From an uncultured Gammaproteobacteria bacterium (GTDB lineage Bacteria; Patescibacteriota; Patescibacteriia; Magasanikbacterales; UBA922), in assembly GCA_964345045.1 (NCBI GenBank), contig CAYFPM010000001.1, positions 172,215 through 236,214 of the forward strand: a stretch of 64,000 nucleotides of DNA. Reading direction: 5' to 3'. Position numbers and translations under genes: made by a program. Positions 28,883 to 40,100 of the stretch are shown piece after piece. The notes beneath the pieces were generated by a model. That model was not told the DNA's origin. It worked only from the letters and a program-made list of their open reading frames with translations, and ran no database searches. Within the stretch, counting starts at the first letter, position 1. Every line of letters begins with the position of its first letter.

Positions 28883-29257
28883 ATGGAAGGTGGGGCTATA
28901 AAACATTTTACAGATCTTAATGCTTGGAAAGTTAATCATGAATTTGTAAAGGTTGTGTACCAAATAACAAAAGATTTTCCAGAAGAAGAAAAATTTGGAC
29001 TCAGGTCACAATTAAGAAGAGCAGCTTCCTCGATTACTGCCAATGTAGCAGAAGGATTTGGAAGATACTACATGAAGGACAGAATCAGATTTTATTACCA
29101 GGCAAGAGGATCAAATACAGAGTGTCAAAATCATTTGATATTGGCGTATGAGCTTGGTTATATCAATAAAGAAAATTACGAGGTGTTAAAGAATAAAGTT
29201 TTTGTAGGTTACAAATTATTGTGTGGTTTAATAAGAAGTTCAGAAAATAATATTTAA
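28883..29257 (+). CDS. four helix bundle protein (23S rRNA intervening-sequence protein family)
   Basis: The whole 124 aa matches the family pattern (DLxAWK...NIAEG-like SITANVAEGFGR). Confidence 0.8.
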   Translation: MEGGAIKHFTDLNAWKVNHEFVKVVYQITKDFPEEEKFGLRSQLRRAASSITANVAEGFGRYYMKDRIRFYYQARGSNTECQNHLILAYELGYINKENYEVLKNKVFVGYKLLCGLIRSSENNI

Positions 29258-29301
29258 ACGGAATACAATTTACTGTTTACAGTTTACTATTTACTGGTTC
29301 T

Positions 29302-30333
29302 ATGAACGATCAACTAAAAAAAATAAAAAAAGATTTTGAAAAGGGTATTGGTGACGTAGCCAGTCTTTTTGATTTGGAAAAATTGGAGCAAAAATTCTTT
29401 TCTAGAAAATCTGGTGAGTTTACACAGATAATGAAAAACCTGAAGGATCTTTCTGGAGAAGCTAAAAAAGAATTTGGAAAACTTGCCAACGAAATTAAAA
29501 AAGAATTGGAAGAAGTAATGCTGGGGAAAGAAGAAGAATTGAAAGAAAAAGAAATGGGAGAAAGTTATAAAAAAGAATCAATCGATGTAACTCAACCAAA
29601 ATTACCAAAAGCAAGAGTTGGTCATATCAACCCACTTAGCCAAATCCAATATGCTATTGAAGATTTTTTTCGTTCAATGGGATTTTTAGTTTTGGATGGA
29701 CCAGAGATGGAAGGAGAATATTTTAATTTTGATGCCTTAAATATCCCGGCAGATCATCCGGCTCGAGATATGCAAGATACTTTTTTTGTAAAAGATTTGC
29801 CAAACACTGTGATGCGTACCCATACTTCCAATGTCCAGGTAAGAGCTATGCAAGAGCATGGTGCCCCAATCAAGGCAATTATTCCGGGCAAATGTTTTCG
29901 CAACGAAGCTACCGATGCCAGACACGAACACACTTTTTTTCAAATAGAAGGTTTGGTAGTAGACAAAGATATATCTTTTGCCAATCTAAAAGGAGTGTTG
30001 GAAGCTTTTGCCAAACATCTTTATGGTGAAAAAACCGAAGTTAGGCTACGTCCAAAATTTTATCCGTTTGTAGAACCTGGAGTAAATGGAGAAGTGACTT
30101 GCTTTTTGTGTGGTGGAAGTGGTTGCAAAGTTTGCAAAAATACCGGTTGGTTGGAACTTTTTGGAGCGGGTATGGTACACCCCAATGTTTTGCGAAATGG
30201 GGGAGTTGATCCAGAAGAATACTCCGGTTTTGCCTTTGGTTTTGGTTTGAATAGATTAGCTATGCTGAAATATGGCATAGAAGATGGCAGGCATTTTATG
30301 TCTGGAGATCTTAGATTTGTAAAACAGTTTTAA
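29302..30333 (+). CDS. pheS: phenylalanine--tRNA ligase alpha subunit
   Basis: Class II aaRS motifs FRNEATDARHEHTFFQIEG and GFAFGFGLNRLAM. Confidence 0.9.
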   Translation: MNDQLKKIKKDFEKGIGDVASLFDLEKLEQKFFSRKSGEFTQIMKNLKDLSGEAKKEFGKLANEIKKELEEVMLGKEEELKEKEMGESYKKESIDVTQPKLPKARVGHINPLSQIQYAIEDFFRSMGFLVLDGPEMEGEYFNFDALNIPADHPARDMQDTFFVKDLPNTVMRTHTSNVQVRAMQEHGAPIKAIIPGKCFRNEATDARHEHTFFQIEGLVVDKDISFANLKGVLEAFAKHLYGEKTEVRLRPKFYPFVEPGVNGEVTCFLCGGSGCKVCKNTGWLELFGAGMVHPNVLRNGGVDPEEYSGFAFGFGLNRLAMLKYGIEDGRHFMSGDLRFVKQF

Positions 30334-30334
30334 T

Positions 30335-32788
30335 ATGTTAATTAGTAAAAATTGGTTAGAAAAATTTGTGAATTTGGATGATTTGGAATCACACGAGATT
30401 GCCAAGGCTCTTACCATGAAAACTGTGGAGGTAGAGGATGTAAAAGAATCTGGTAAATTTTTGGATGGAGTGGTAGTCGGAGAAATTTTGGATATAAAAA
30501 AACATCCAAACGCAGACAAGCTTAGTATTGCTCAGGTAAATGTAGGAGAAGAAAAAAACAGACAAATAATTTTTGGGCAAATGTTAGAGATGGAAGTAGG
30601 GTATAGAGTCCCGGTAGCTTTGGCTCCAACAGTATTGCCAGGGGACAAGGAAATAAAAAAAACCAAGATGAGAGGCGAGACTTCCGAAGGGATGCTTTGT
30701 TTGGATCAAGAACTAGGTCTTTTGGACGAGGGAGTAAGTATCCAATTTTTTGAAAAAGATGTTAATCCAGGGACTCCAATTATAGAAGCTTTGAAATTGA
30801 AAGATGTTATTTTTGAAGTAGATAATAAATCACTTTCCAATCGACCAGATCTTTGGGGACATTATGGAATTGCCAGAGAAGTGGCTGCAATTTTTGAGAG
30901 AAAATTAAAAAAATACGAGACAATCAAAATCAAATCAGGCAAAGATGAAAATTTGAATATAAAAGTAGAAGACGAAAAGCTTTGTACAAGGTATATGGGG
31001 GTAGTGGTTGATGGAATAAAAATTGAACCATCTCCAGATTGGCTCCAACAAAGTTTGATTGCTATAGGCCAAAGACCGATAAATAACATAGTAGATATTA
31101 CCAACTACGTTATGTTTGAGTTGGGTCAACCTACTCATGCGTTCGACTTTGCTAAATTAGCAAGAAACAAGAAACAAGAAACAAATATTATTATTAGAAA
31201 AGCTAAGAAGTCAGAAAAATTTAAAACACTCGACGATGTAGACAGAAAACTTGGCGAAGATATGCTAGTGATTGCAGACGAAGAAAAGGCTTTGGCAATT
31301 GCCGGGGTGATGGGAGGTCAAAATAGCGAAGTGAATGAAAATACTACCAAAGTGATTTTTGAATCAGCTAATTTTTTGGCAAGCAGTATCCGTACTACTT
31401 CTACCAAACTTGGTCTTCGTACAGAAGGATCGGCTAGATGGGAAAAAAGTCTTGATCCAAACAATGCAGAAATTGGTTTGAAACGTTTATTAGAACTTAC
31501 CCTACAAATTTGTCCAGGAGCCCAAGTAGTTAGTAATGTTGTGGACGAATCAAATTTTTCATTAAACCAAGGTCCAATTGAAATTTCTTTAGAATTTATA
31601 AATCAAAGAATTGGTAAAGAAGTAAACAAAGTAGAAGTTCTGGGTATATTGCAAAGATTAGGATTTGGAGTAAAAGAAAAAAAGGGGAAATTGAAAGTAA
31701 TTGTACCAAGCTGGCGAGCAACCCGCGACATTTCTATTGCCGAAGATTTGGTAGAAGAAATTTTGCGTATTCATGGTTACGAACAAGTATCGGGAATTAT
31801 GCCAAATATGCCAATGGCAAGCCCGGAATCAAATGAACTAAGAGGCTTGGAAAGAAAACTAAAAGAATTTTTGTCTTACCAATTTGGTTATGACGAGGTT
31901 TATAATTATTCTTTTGTAGCTAGAGAATGGTTGGAAAAATTGGGTGAAGAAACCAAAAATCATTTGGAACTAGACAACCCAATTGCCAAAGATAGAACGC
32001 TTTTGCGTAGACACTTGGTAGACAATATGCTTTTAAATATAGAAGACAGTTTGCATCGTTTTGACGAAGCAAAAATTTATGAAATTGGAAAAGTATATAC
32101 AAAAGAAGAAAAAGGAGAACTTGCCTTTGTCAGCTCTGCGGCTGACGACGGCGTTGTAAAAAAAGATTCTAGTAAACATTTGCCAAAGCAAAATACACTT
32201 TTTGCTATGATGTATAGTCAAAAAGGAGACGAGAATCCTTTTGCCGAGGCTGCTAGTGATTTTGTGGGAGTAATGGAGAGATTGGGGCTACCAGTAGATT
32301 TCAAAAAATCAGAAGGATCTCATTTTGTGCATCCTGGTAGATTTGCCGAGATTTATATAAAAGGAGTTAAAATTGGTTTGATCGGTGAATTGGGAACCGT
32401 ACTACAAAAAAAGATTGGGATCCCGTATAGAGTGGCCATGTTGGAAGTAAATTTGAATAATGTTTTGCCATTGCTTTTTGCTGAATCTAATTATCAGGCT
32501 TTGCCAAGTTATCCGAGTGCGGAAAGAGATATTGCGATTGTGGTAGACACCGATGCCGAGCATATGGACATCAAAAATGCTTTGCAAACTTTGGATCCTC
32601 TTTTGGCGAGTGTAGAATTGTTCGACGTATACCAAGGAGACAAAATGGAAAGTGGCAAAAAAAGTATGGCCTACCATCTTACTTATCGCGCTCCAGACAG
32701 AACACTGTCTGCCGAAGAAGTAGACCAAGTACAACAAAGAGTAATTAAGACTTTGGAGAAAAAATTTGGCGCCCAGATTAGGGAGTAG
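30335..32788 (+). CDS. pheT: phenylalanine--tRNA ligase beta subunit
   Basis: N-terminal tRNA-binding domain, B3/B4, B5 and C-terminal FDX-ACB. 817 aa, immediately downstream of pheS. Confidence 0.9.
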   Translation: MLISKNWLEKFVNLDDLESHEIAKALTMKTVEVEDVKESGKFLDGVVVGEILDIKKHPNADKLSIAQVNVGEEKNRQIIFGQMLEMEVGYRVPVALAPTVLPGDKEIKKTKMRGETSEGMLCLDQELGLLDEGVSIQFFEKDVNPGTPIIEALKLKDVIFEVDNKSLSNRPDLWGHYGIAREVAAIFERKLKKYETIKIKSGKDENLNIKVEDEKLCTRYMGVVVDGIKIEPSPDWLQQSLIAIGQRPINNIVDITNYVMFELGQPTHAFDFAKLARNKKQETNIIIRKAKKSEKFKTLDDVDRKLGEDMLVIADEEKALAIAGVMGGQNSEVNENTTKVIFESANFLASSIRTTSTKLGLRTEGSARWEKSLDPNNAEIGLKRLLELTLQICPGAQVVSNVVDESNFSLNQGPIEISLEFINQRIGKEVNKVEVLGILQRLGFGVKEKKGKLKVIVPSWRATRDISIAEDLVEEILRIHGYEQVSGIMPNMPMASPESNELRGLERKLKEFLSYQFGYDEVYNYSFVAREWLEKLGEETKNHLELDNPIAKDRTLLRRHLVDNMLLNIEDSLHRFDEAKIYEIGKVYTKEEKGELAFVSSAADDGVVKKDSSKHLPKQNTLFAMMYSQKGDENPFAEAASDFVGVMERLGLPVDFKKSEGSHFVHPGRFAEIYIKGVKIGLIGELGTVLQKKIGIPYRVAMLEVNLNNVLPLLFAESNYQALPSYPSAERDIAIVVDTDAEHMDIKNALQTLDPLLASVELFDVYQGDKMESGKKSMAYHLTYRAPDRTLSAEEVDQVQQRVIKTLEKKFGAQIRE

Positions 32789-32861
32789 ATGTTAGGTTTT
32801 AGTTTGTAGTGGGTAGTGAGTAGGTTGTAGTCATCCTGAGCTTGATAAATAAGTAATTGCA

Positions 32862-32891
32862 TGATATGTTGAGATCTCAACATATCATGTA
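32862..32891. repeat. 30-bp perfect palindrome CATGATATGTTGAGATCTCAACATATCATG
   Basis: Read directly; no mismatches. Sits at the pheT / GC-moderate island boundary. Confidence 0.7.
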
Positions 32892-33015
32892 CATCATGGA
32901 GATATATGTGATATTTGATACGGTCTTTTATAATTTTAGTAACGGAAGAAGGGAGCAAGGCCAGATTTTTTGTTCGAATGTAACCATCTAAACCCAAACA
33001 AAGGAGACTGAAGCA

Positions 33016-35436
33016 GTGCAGCGTCTAAACAATCTTAATCTTTCATCCCTGATCCTGTTGTCGTTCTTGACTATGGATTTCGGGTGTTTTGACGATGAAA
33101 TTCTCGTAAAAGTCACCAAAGGATTTTCTGTGAATAAACAGGTAGTCGACTTTGGTGATGTGGAAGTTGGCTCAAGTAGAGAGCTTGTCCTTACTGTTAA
33201 TAGTAGTCTACAGGGGCAAGTCATGTTTACCATGATACCACCAATCGATCCGTTTTTTGCGGATCCGGTTGAGATTCAAGATTTTGTTCTGGCAGGAGGA
33301 GGTAGTATGGATATAACGCTAACCTTTACTCCAACATCTACAGGAAGTCGAAATAGTTTCGTTACTTTTCGTACCAACGCAGATAGCGAGACAGAAAAAC
33401 AAGTGACTGTAGAACTTGTAGGTAGTGGTGTGGAGCGATCCGAGGTGGATTTTGTTACCCTCATGGTCGTTGCAACAGATGGCGTCGTGAATATCTCTAC
33501 ATCTGACACTCAGATACAAAGTTGTGTTGATGAATGTTCGATTCAGTTTGTCACAGGGACAAGGATCACTCTTACTGCCACAACAAGTCAGGAGTGTATT
33601 GAGTTTTTGGGATGGGCTGATCAGAATTGCGATGAGTCAGAGAGTGTATGTGAGTTGACGCTTGATAGAGACAAACAAGTTCAAGCAGAGTTCGATGAGT
33701 CTGAATTTGTCCTCACTATGCAGGCAACTGGTGAGGGGGGAGGATTACTCCTACCAAACGGATTTGTTTGTGACTCGACGCAAGATCAATGTTCTTTTGA
33801 TGTCGCCTGTGGCGAAATAGTGACCGTTACGGCTACAACAACTGATCATTGTTTGAATGCCACCGATCCTTTTTGGGGTGGGGTATGCAGTGGTGAGACT
33901 GGTATGACCTGCACCACAACAATGAGCGAGTCTAGAAACATAACGGCGCGATTTGAACGTCATGAGTACGATTTGCATTTGACTACAATTGGTTCGGGTG
34001 GGTTGATGCCTAATCCTAGGGGGGATAACTGCGGGTCTGGTTGTTTTCGTTACGACTGTGACACTGTGGTAGATATTTCTTCCCTGGCAGACATCTGTCA
34101 AGACAGATCGTGGTCTGGGGATTGTGTGCAGACATCATCTTCCTCCGACTGTCAGTTAGTCATGAGTTCAGATCATGCGGTTGGTATAGAACTAACTCAC
34201 CGTTCTGTTGATTTGACTGTTAACGTCTTCGGTACAGGAAACGAAACTGTTACAGATCAAAATTCAGGATTTTCTTGTGTGTCTGGACAGTCCTGTACAC
34301 AGACATTTCAATGTGGTGATTCTGTTACGCTTACACCGATTGAGTCGCCATGCGGAGTGTTTGATAGTTGGTCTGTGGGAACTTGTACGAGTACCGCACC
34401 ATGTTCTTTGGTTTTGAACCAGGACGAAAATGTAACAGCGACATTTGTTTCTGGCCAGGGGATTACTGGTCGGATTCATGTAATGGGGGGGAGTAGATAT
34501 TCTTCTACTCTTGATGAAGTTGTTGTATCGGATATAAGTTGTGATGGGATACTTGGCCCTTGGAGGTCAACTACACCATTGCCCTTGGCATTGCTGTCGG
34601 CCAGCGCTGTCCGGATGGGCGAATACATTATTGTCCTTGGGGGTAATCAACTTTTTTCCACTCCAAGAAGAAATGTTTGGATTGGTCAAATCGATGCTCT
34701 GGGCAACGTCAGTTCTTGGGTATCAGGGCCTACATTGCCAAATGGTGTTGAGCGTTCTAGGGCTGTTACGTGGAATGGTCACGTATGTTTGACGGGCGGT
34801 TTGACTGGCAGTGGAGCTACTTCCGATATACTCTGTGCGCGGTTTGACACTACTCAAGGTATTTTTGTGGGCTCTTGGTCATTGGTTGCCTCTTTATCGA
34901 CTGCTCGATTTTTTCACGGCGCGGTCACTTTTGGTGACAATTTGTATATCCTCGGTGGAACCACTTCATCATGGGGATCGTCCAGTATCCTAGATGATGT
35001 CCAAATGTCAACTTTCAGTATTAGTGGGAGTTCGTTGCCACAGCTTACAGCATGGGTCCAACAACCGAACATGAACCCAGGACGTTTGGGTCATTCTACC
35101 GTTGTGAACGGGCGAACGATTTATACTAGCGGAGGATATGGACAAGGGGTTGGATTTATCAATTCTGTACAGTCCGCGAACATTTCCAGCGGAGGGACCG
35201 TCTCTAGTTGGGTCAACACTTCTACTTTGAGTCAGCCACGCTCATATCATAGTATGTTGGCGCACAATGGTTACCTCTATGTCATTGGAGGAGATGACAC
35301 ACCTCAAGGATCTCCCAATGAAACAGCAGATGTGCAGTATTCACAGGCTAATGCCTCAGGTCGTATTGGGAGATGGTTGTCTACAACTTCTCTTCCTCGG
35401 CCAAGAGTATTTCATTTTGCTGTTGTAGGGCCGTAG
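33016..35436 (+). CDS. secreted surface protein with divergent InlB B-repeat-like Cys-containing domains and a C-terminal Kelch-type beta-propeller (possible C-terminal frameshift)
   Basis: Hydrophobic N-terminus. Repeated units of the form ...VTVTATTTDHC...C...ITARFE. Five to six Kelch blades (H..V..G..LYILGG). A +2 frame through the stop reads ...RRPKLVVFGG*, which would complete the last blade. About 50% GC. Confidence 0.55.
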   Translation: MQRLNNLNLSSLILLSFLTMDFGCFDDEILVKVTKGFSVNKQVVDFGDVEVGSSRELVLTVNSSLQGQVMFTMIPPIDPFFADPVEIQDFVLAGGGSMDITLTFTPTSTGSRNSFVTFRTNADSETEKQVTVELVGSGVERSEVDFVTLMVVATDGVVNISTSDTQIQSCVDECSIQFVTGTRITLTATTSQECIEFLGWADQNCDESESVCELTLDRDKQVQAEFDESEFVLTMQATGEGGGLLLPNGFVCDSTQDQCSFDVACGEIVTVTATTTDHCLNATDPFWGGVCSGETGMTCTTTMSESRNITARFERHEYDLHLTTIGSGGLMPNPRGDNCGSGCFRYDCDTVVDISSLADICQDRSWSGDCVQTSSSSDCQLVMSSDHAVGIELTHRSVDLTVNVFGTGNETVTDQNSGFSCVSGQSCTQTFQCGDSVTLTPIESPCGVFDSWSVGTCTSTAPCSLVLNQDENVTATFVSGQGITGRIHVMGGSRYSSTLDEVVVSDISCDGILGPWRSTTPLPLALLSASAVRMGEYIIVLGGNQLFSTPRRNVWIGQIDALGNVSSWVSGPTLPNGVERSRAVTWNGHVCLTGGLTGSGATSDILCARFDTTQGIFVGSWSLVASLSTARFFHGAVTFGDNLYILGGTTSSWGSSSILDDVQMSTFSISGSSLPQLTAWVQQPNMNPGRLGHSTVVNGRTIYTSGGYGQGVGFINSVQSANISSGGTVSSWVNTSTLSQPRSYHSMLAHNGYLYVIGGDDTPQGSPNETADVQYSQANASGRIGRWLSTTSLPRPRVFHFAVVGP

Positions 35437-35544
35437 ACCCAAACTAGTCGTCTTTGGCGGTTGAGTTAAATATTAGGGCTTGGTCACCCAAAATTCCCAG
35501 TGTTTCTAAGTTGTATTGAAATAGTGGAAATCAAAAAAACTCTT

Positions 35545-35616
35545 TATAAGAGTTTTTTTGTACACAAACTAGAGAATAAAAATCCCTTGATTAAAATCAA
35601 GGGATTTTGGTTTTTG
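35545..35616. terminator. Two tandem hairpin terminators (AACTCTT-TATA-AGAGTT plus T-run; AATCCCTTGATT-AAA-ATCAAGGGATT plus T-run)
   Basis: Both read directly. Between convergent genes. Confidence 0.55.
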
Positions 35617-35672
35617 AATTGGTGCGAGGCTGGTGGTGGTAGTCAGGTCTCCGACTCGCGGTTCTCCTTGGT

Positions 35673-36179
35673 TTATTGTTTGTGGGCAGCGTACTCCGCA
35701 AGCCGGCGGTAAACCGTAGCTCTTCCTATTTTGAGGAGTCTGGCGGCTCTTTCTACACTACCACCGGTTGCGCGGAGAGCGTGTTGAATAGCTCGCTTTT
35801 CTAGTTCTCGAATGGGGATGATTTCTCCCGTTTGTTCAGGAGGCAGTATGGAGTTGTCTAGCCCCACAAACGTCACAGCGGCTCGTACTGCCGATGAGAT
35901 GTTCTCCATTTGCCCTACGAAGGTAAGGCCCACCTGTCCCGTCACTACTAGGCTATCCGAGAGAGCCCCTGGCATGAAAAGTACCAAGATCGACAAAGGC
36001 CTTTGGGGCTGTGCCAGGGCCTCGCGCACTGAGTGGCAAAGGCCGACCGGTTGGTCACCACACGCCAGTTTTCGTAGATTGTCGCTGATTAGACTGGTTG
36101 CTCTATCTTTGTCCTCCTTCATGCAGACAAGGATAATGGCTGGACGGTTTTCCTCTTGGTTTGGTACAAAAGTTTGCAT
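35673..36179 (-). CDS. small DNA-binding protein with a C-terminal Fis-type (HTH_8) helix-turn-helix
   Basis: The C-terminal ELEKRAIQHALRATGGSVERAARLLKIGRATVYRRL is typical of NtrC/Fis HTH. About 58% GC with GC3 bias. Confidence 0.5.
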   Translation of the reverse strand: MQTFVPNQEENRPAIILVCMKEDKDRATSLISDNLRKLACGDQPVGLCHSVREALAQPQRPLSILVLFMPGALSDSLVVTGQVGLTFVGQMENISSAVRAAVTFVGLDNSILPPEQTGEIIPIRELEKRAIQHALRATGGSVERAARLLKIGRATVYRRLAEYAAHKQ

Positions 36180-36261
36180 TTGTATGGAGTCTCCCTTGGT
36201 TTTAATATTTACTTGTTTTTGTAAGTTTTGTCAACCATTTCGCTCAAAAAACAAAAATATG

Positions 36262-36270
36262 TTATAATAA
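36262..36270 (+). promoter_or_regulatory. Extended -10 promoter element TGTTATAAT
   Basis: TGn-TATAAT lies about 30 nt upstream of the AAGGAG SD and the ATG of the 36301 gene. Confidence 0.4.
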
Positions 36271-36300
36271 TCTCACATAAATTTTAAGGAGCCTGTCCCT

Positions 36301-36648
36301 ATGTTACTTTCATCAAGTCAGGATTTACTATATGTCGTTTTGGCATTGTCTATCCTGTGGTTTACAATCTTTCTGTGCTGGCTACTATACCAAGCCGCCA
36401 GAGTCCTCAAAAACGCCAACGACATAATAGAAAGCGTTTCACAAAAATTAGAAATGCTAGTCGACGCTGTGGAATTTATGAAAGAAAAAGTCGATGGTAT
36501 GTCTAGCCACATGGGAGTGGTTGGTCGTTTGGCCTCTGGGTTTGTAGAAAAATTTGTAGTAGGAAAGCTAGAAGACGCGTTCGATGCCAAGCTAACTAGC
36601 AAAAAGAGTAAACCCAAGAAGAAATCTACCAAATCCAAGAAAAAGTAA
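36301..36648 (+). CDS. small membrane protein with a Lys-rich C-terminal tail
   Basis: N-terminal TM helix, KKSKPKKKSTKSKKK tail. A terminator follows (GCCCCGAAAATTCGGGG plus T-run at 36667-36693). Confidence 0.45.
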   Translation: MLLSSSQDLLYVVLALSILWFTIFLCWLLYQAARVLKNANDIIESVSQKLEMLVDAVEFMKEKVDGMSSHMGVVGRLASGFVEKFVVGKLEDAFDAKLTSKKSKPKKKSTKSKKK

Positions 36649-36688
36649 TTTTTCAATCAAAAAATAAGCCCCGAAAATTCGGGGTTTT

Positions 36689-37174
36689 TTGATCTTTGAT
36701 TTTTGTTGCTACTCTGGTAATATAGAGCAAATTATGGAATATACAGTTGCTTTTGTTTTCAATCAAGATTTATCCAAGATCCTGCTTTTGAACCCTACTA
36801 GTCCAGAGTGGCAGGTGGGCAAACTAAATGGATTAGGTGGCAAATTCGAATCCGACGAGTCTGTTTTTGAGTGTGCAAAAAGAGAAGTTTACGAAGAATC
36901 TGGTTTAGAAACCAGTCTGGAAGATTGGGTTTATATAGCCAAAGAGTTTTGGCCTGATTTGGGGGATAACATTCATTTTTTGGCTTATGTACACAATCAA
37001 CCCGAAACAAATTTTGAAAGCAGCGTAGAAGGAGAATTAGAGTGGGTACTGGTAAATAATTTACCAGAGAGAGTTATTTCTAATCTAAAGTGGCAAATAC
37101 CATTGGCAGTTGATTTTATAAAAAGAGGGAAAATAAAAAAAGAAATTGTAATAGAATGTAAAGGGAATTATTAA
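36689..37174 (+). CDS. NUDIX hydrolase (the likely true start is the Met at 36734)
   Basis: Nudix box GGKFESDESVFECAKREVYEESGL. Confidence 0.6.
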   Translation: MIFDFCCYSGNIEQIMEYTVAFVFNQDLSKILLLNPTSPEWQVGKLNGLGGKFESDESVFECAKREVYEESGLETSLEDWVYIAKEFWPDLGDNIHFLAYVHNQPETNFESSVEGELEWVLVNNLPERVISNLKWQIPLAVDFIKRGKIKKEIVIECKGNY

Positions 37175-37176
37175 TT

Positions 37177-40100
37177 ATGGCGTTTACACATTTACATGTT
37201 CACTCTCATTATTCTCTTTTGGACGGCTTGCCAAAGATAAAAGAGCTAGTTAAAGCTGCCAAGAAAAAAGGATTTAGTTCTGTAGCTATAACTGACAGCG
37301 GAGCTATGTATGGAGCTATAGAATTTTACAAAGCTTGTGAGGCCGAAGATATAAAACCAATAATCGGTTTTGAGGCTTATGTTGCTCCAAATAGCATGGA
37401 AGACAAAGATCCTCAAAAAGACAAAGAGGTTTATAGTTTAATTTTATTGGCCGAAAATTACGAAGGTTATAGAAACTTGATGGTGCTTTGTTCCGAGGCG
37501 CATCTGCGAGGATTTTTTAATGGTAAGCCAAGACTCGACAAAGAGACTTTGAAAAAATATTCAAAAAATATAATAGCACTCTCTGGAGATATCCGTGGAG
37601 AAGTACCAAGTTTGTTGAAAGAAAATAAAATAGAAGCAGCCAAAGTAGCTGCCAAAGAGTATTATGAAATTTTTGGACACGACAATTTTTATTTGGAATT
37701 ACAAGATCATCCGGCCATACCTGGTCAAATAGATGTGAACACCAAAATGATTCAGTTAAGTGAGGAACTAAATATTCCAATGGTGGTAACGAGAGATGTT
37801 CATTATATAGAACCAGACGATGCCGAAGCACAAGATATTCTTACTTGTATTAGCAATGGTTGGAAAGTTTTTCAATCCGATCGCGAAGATTATAGACAAG
37901 TAGATAGATCACTCAACAGCGAAGCCGATATCCGCTCGCGTTTTCGTCATGTAGAAGAAGCTGTAGACAATGCTGGCAAAATTGCCGACAGAATTAATGT
38001 AGAAATAGAATTAGACAAGTGGCACTTTGCCCCAGTAGATTTGCCACCTGGCAAAGATGCCAATGAGCATTTGCGAGACGAAGCTTACAAATACGTAGGA
38101 AATTTTTACGACGAAGTAACAGACGAGATTAAAGAAAGAATAGAATACGAACTAGATATTATAAAAACCAAAGGTTACTCGCCATACTTTTTGTGTGTGG
38201 CCGATTATGTACGCTATGCCAAATCCAATGGGATTGTAGAATCTACTCGTGGATCGGCTGCCGGCTCACTGGTGTCTTATGTTTTGGGGATTACTACGGT
38301 AGATCCTATGCGTTTCAAACTTCCGTTTGAACGTTTTCTCAATCCCTTTCGTCCTAGTCCACCCGATGTCGATACTGACTTTGCCGATGACAGGAGAGAA
38401 GAAATGATCGAATATGTAACCAAAAAATACGGCAAAGAAAAAGTTGCCCAGATTATTACCTTTGGAACCATGGCTGCCAGAGCCAGTGCTCGTGACGTTG
38501 GTAGAGCTTTGGGGCTTTCTTATAGTTTTTGTGATCAGGTGGCCAAGCTTATTCCTATGGGAGCCCAAGGATTCCCCATGACTATAGAGAGAGCTCTAAA
38601 AGAAGAACCAGATCTTAAAAAACTTTATGACTCTAACGAAGATGTAAATCGTCTACTTACCTTGGCCCAAAAAGTAGAAGGGTGTGCACGCCACACTTCT
38701 ATTCATGCTGCCGGAGTGGTAATCTCTCCTACACCATTAACAGATTTTACTCCAGTGCAGTACGAAACAGGGGGAGACAGACTAACCACCCAATATAGCA
38801 TGTACGATGTAGAGGCAGCCGGAGTACTAAAAAACGATTTTTTGGGTATTCGTAACTTGGCTATTTTGGGAAACGCTGTAGAAATAGTAGCAAAAACAAC
38901 CGGAGACAAAGTGGATGTTTACAACTTGCCACTAGACGACGAAAAAGTTTACAAAATGCTGGCTCGTGGAGAAACCATGGGAGTGTTTCAGCTAGCTGGT
39001 TCTGGTATGACTAGGTGGCTAAAAGAACTAAAACCAACCAACATCAATGATATCATGGCCATGGTGGCGCTTTATCGTCCGGGGCCTATGGATGCTATTC
39101 CAGAATATATTAAAAGAAAATATAATCCAGAGTTTGTAACATTTTTGGACGAAAGACTAAAAAAGATTTTGGATGCTTCTTATGGTCTTTTGGTTTATCA
39201 AGACGATGTAATGCTTACGGCCATAGAATTAGCTGGTTACGATTGGATGGAGGCCGACAAGTTTAGAAAAGCTATGGGAAAGAAAATCCCAGAAGAGATG
39301 GCCAAGCAAAAGGTTAAGTTTTATGATGGTTGTAAGAATCATGGCAAAGTACCAAAAGAAATAATTGATCAACTTTGGCACGCTATAGAACCATTTGCTG
39401 CTTATGGGTTCAACAAAGCACATGCTGCCAGTTATGGAATTGTGGCCTACCAGACAGCCTACATGAAGGCTCACTACCCAGTGCAGTATATGACCTCTAT
39501 TTTGCAAGCCGAGTTTGGAGACACAGACAAAGTAGCTGCCATTGTCCATGCTTGCAGCAAAATGGATATAGATGTTTTGCCACCGGACGTAAACGAAAGT
39601 TTTCGTAATTTTGCCATGGTTTCTAAGCAAGGAGAAAAAGGTAGAATTAGATTTGGTTTGTCGGCTATCAAAAATGTGGGTGAACACATTTGTGATGTGA
39701 TTTATGAAGAAAGAAAAACCAATGGTTCTTACAAAGATATAGAAGATTTTTTGCAAAGAGTAAAAGACAAAGATTTGAATAAAAAATCAATTGAAAGTCT
39801 TATCCAAGCCGGAGCCCTAGATTGTTTTGGGCACGATAGAGGAGTACTTTTGGCCAACATAGATAATGTTTTGTTTTTTTCCAAACAAGCCAAAGAAAAA
39901 GCCACGAGTAATCAAAATTCTTTGTTTGCCGGAACCGACATTGCGTTTGACTCCAAAGTTACTTTGAAAGAAGCTCCTGACGCCACTATGGACGAAAAGC
40001 TAGTTTGGGAAAAGAAATTGCTTGGTTTGTATGTATCTTCTCATCCGTTTGCAGATTATGAAAAAATAATGAAAGAAGCTCTAACACCACTAGAAGAGGT

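Noticed and set aside
35812-36267. 151-aa + strand ORF overlapping the Fis-HTH gene
   Set aside because: The minus-strand ORF carries a recognisable HTH_8 motif and its stop abuts a terminator; the + ORF has none.
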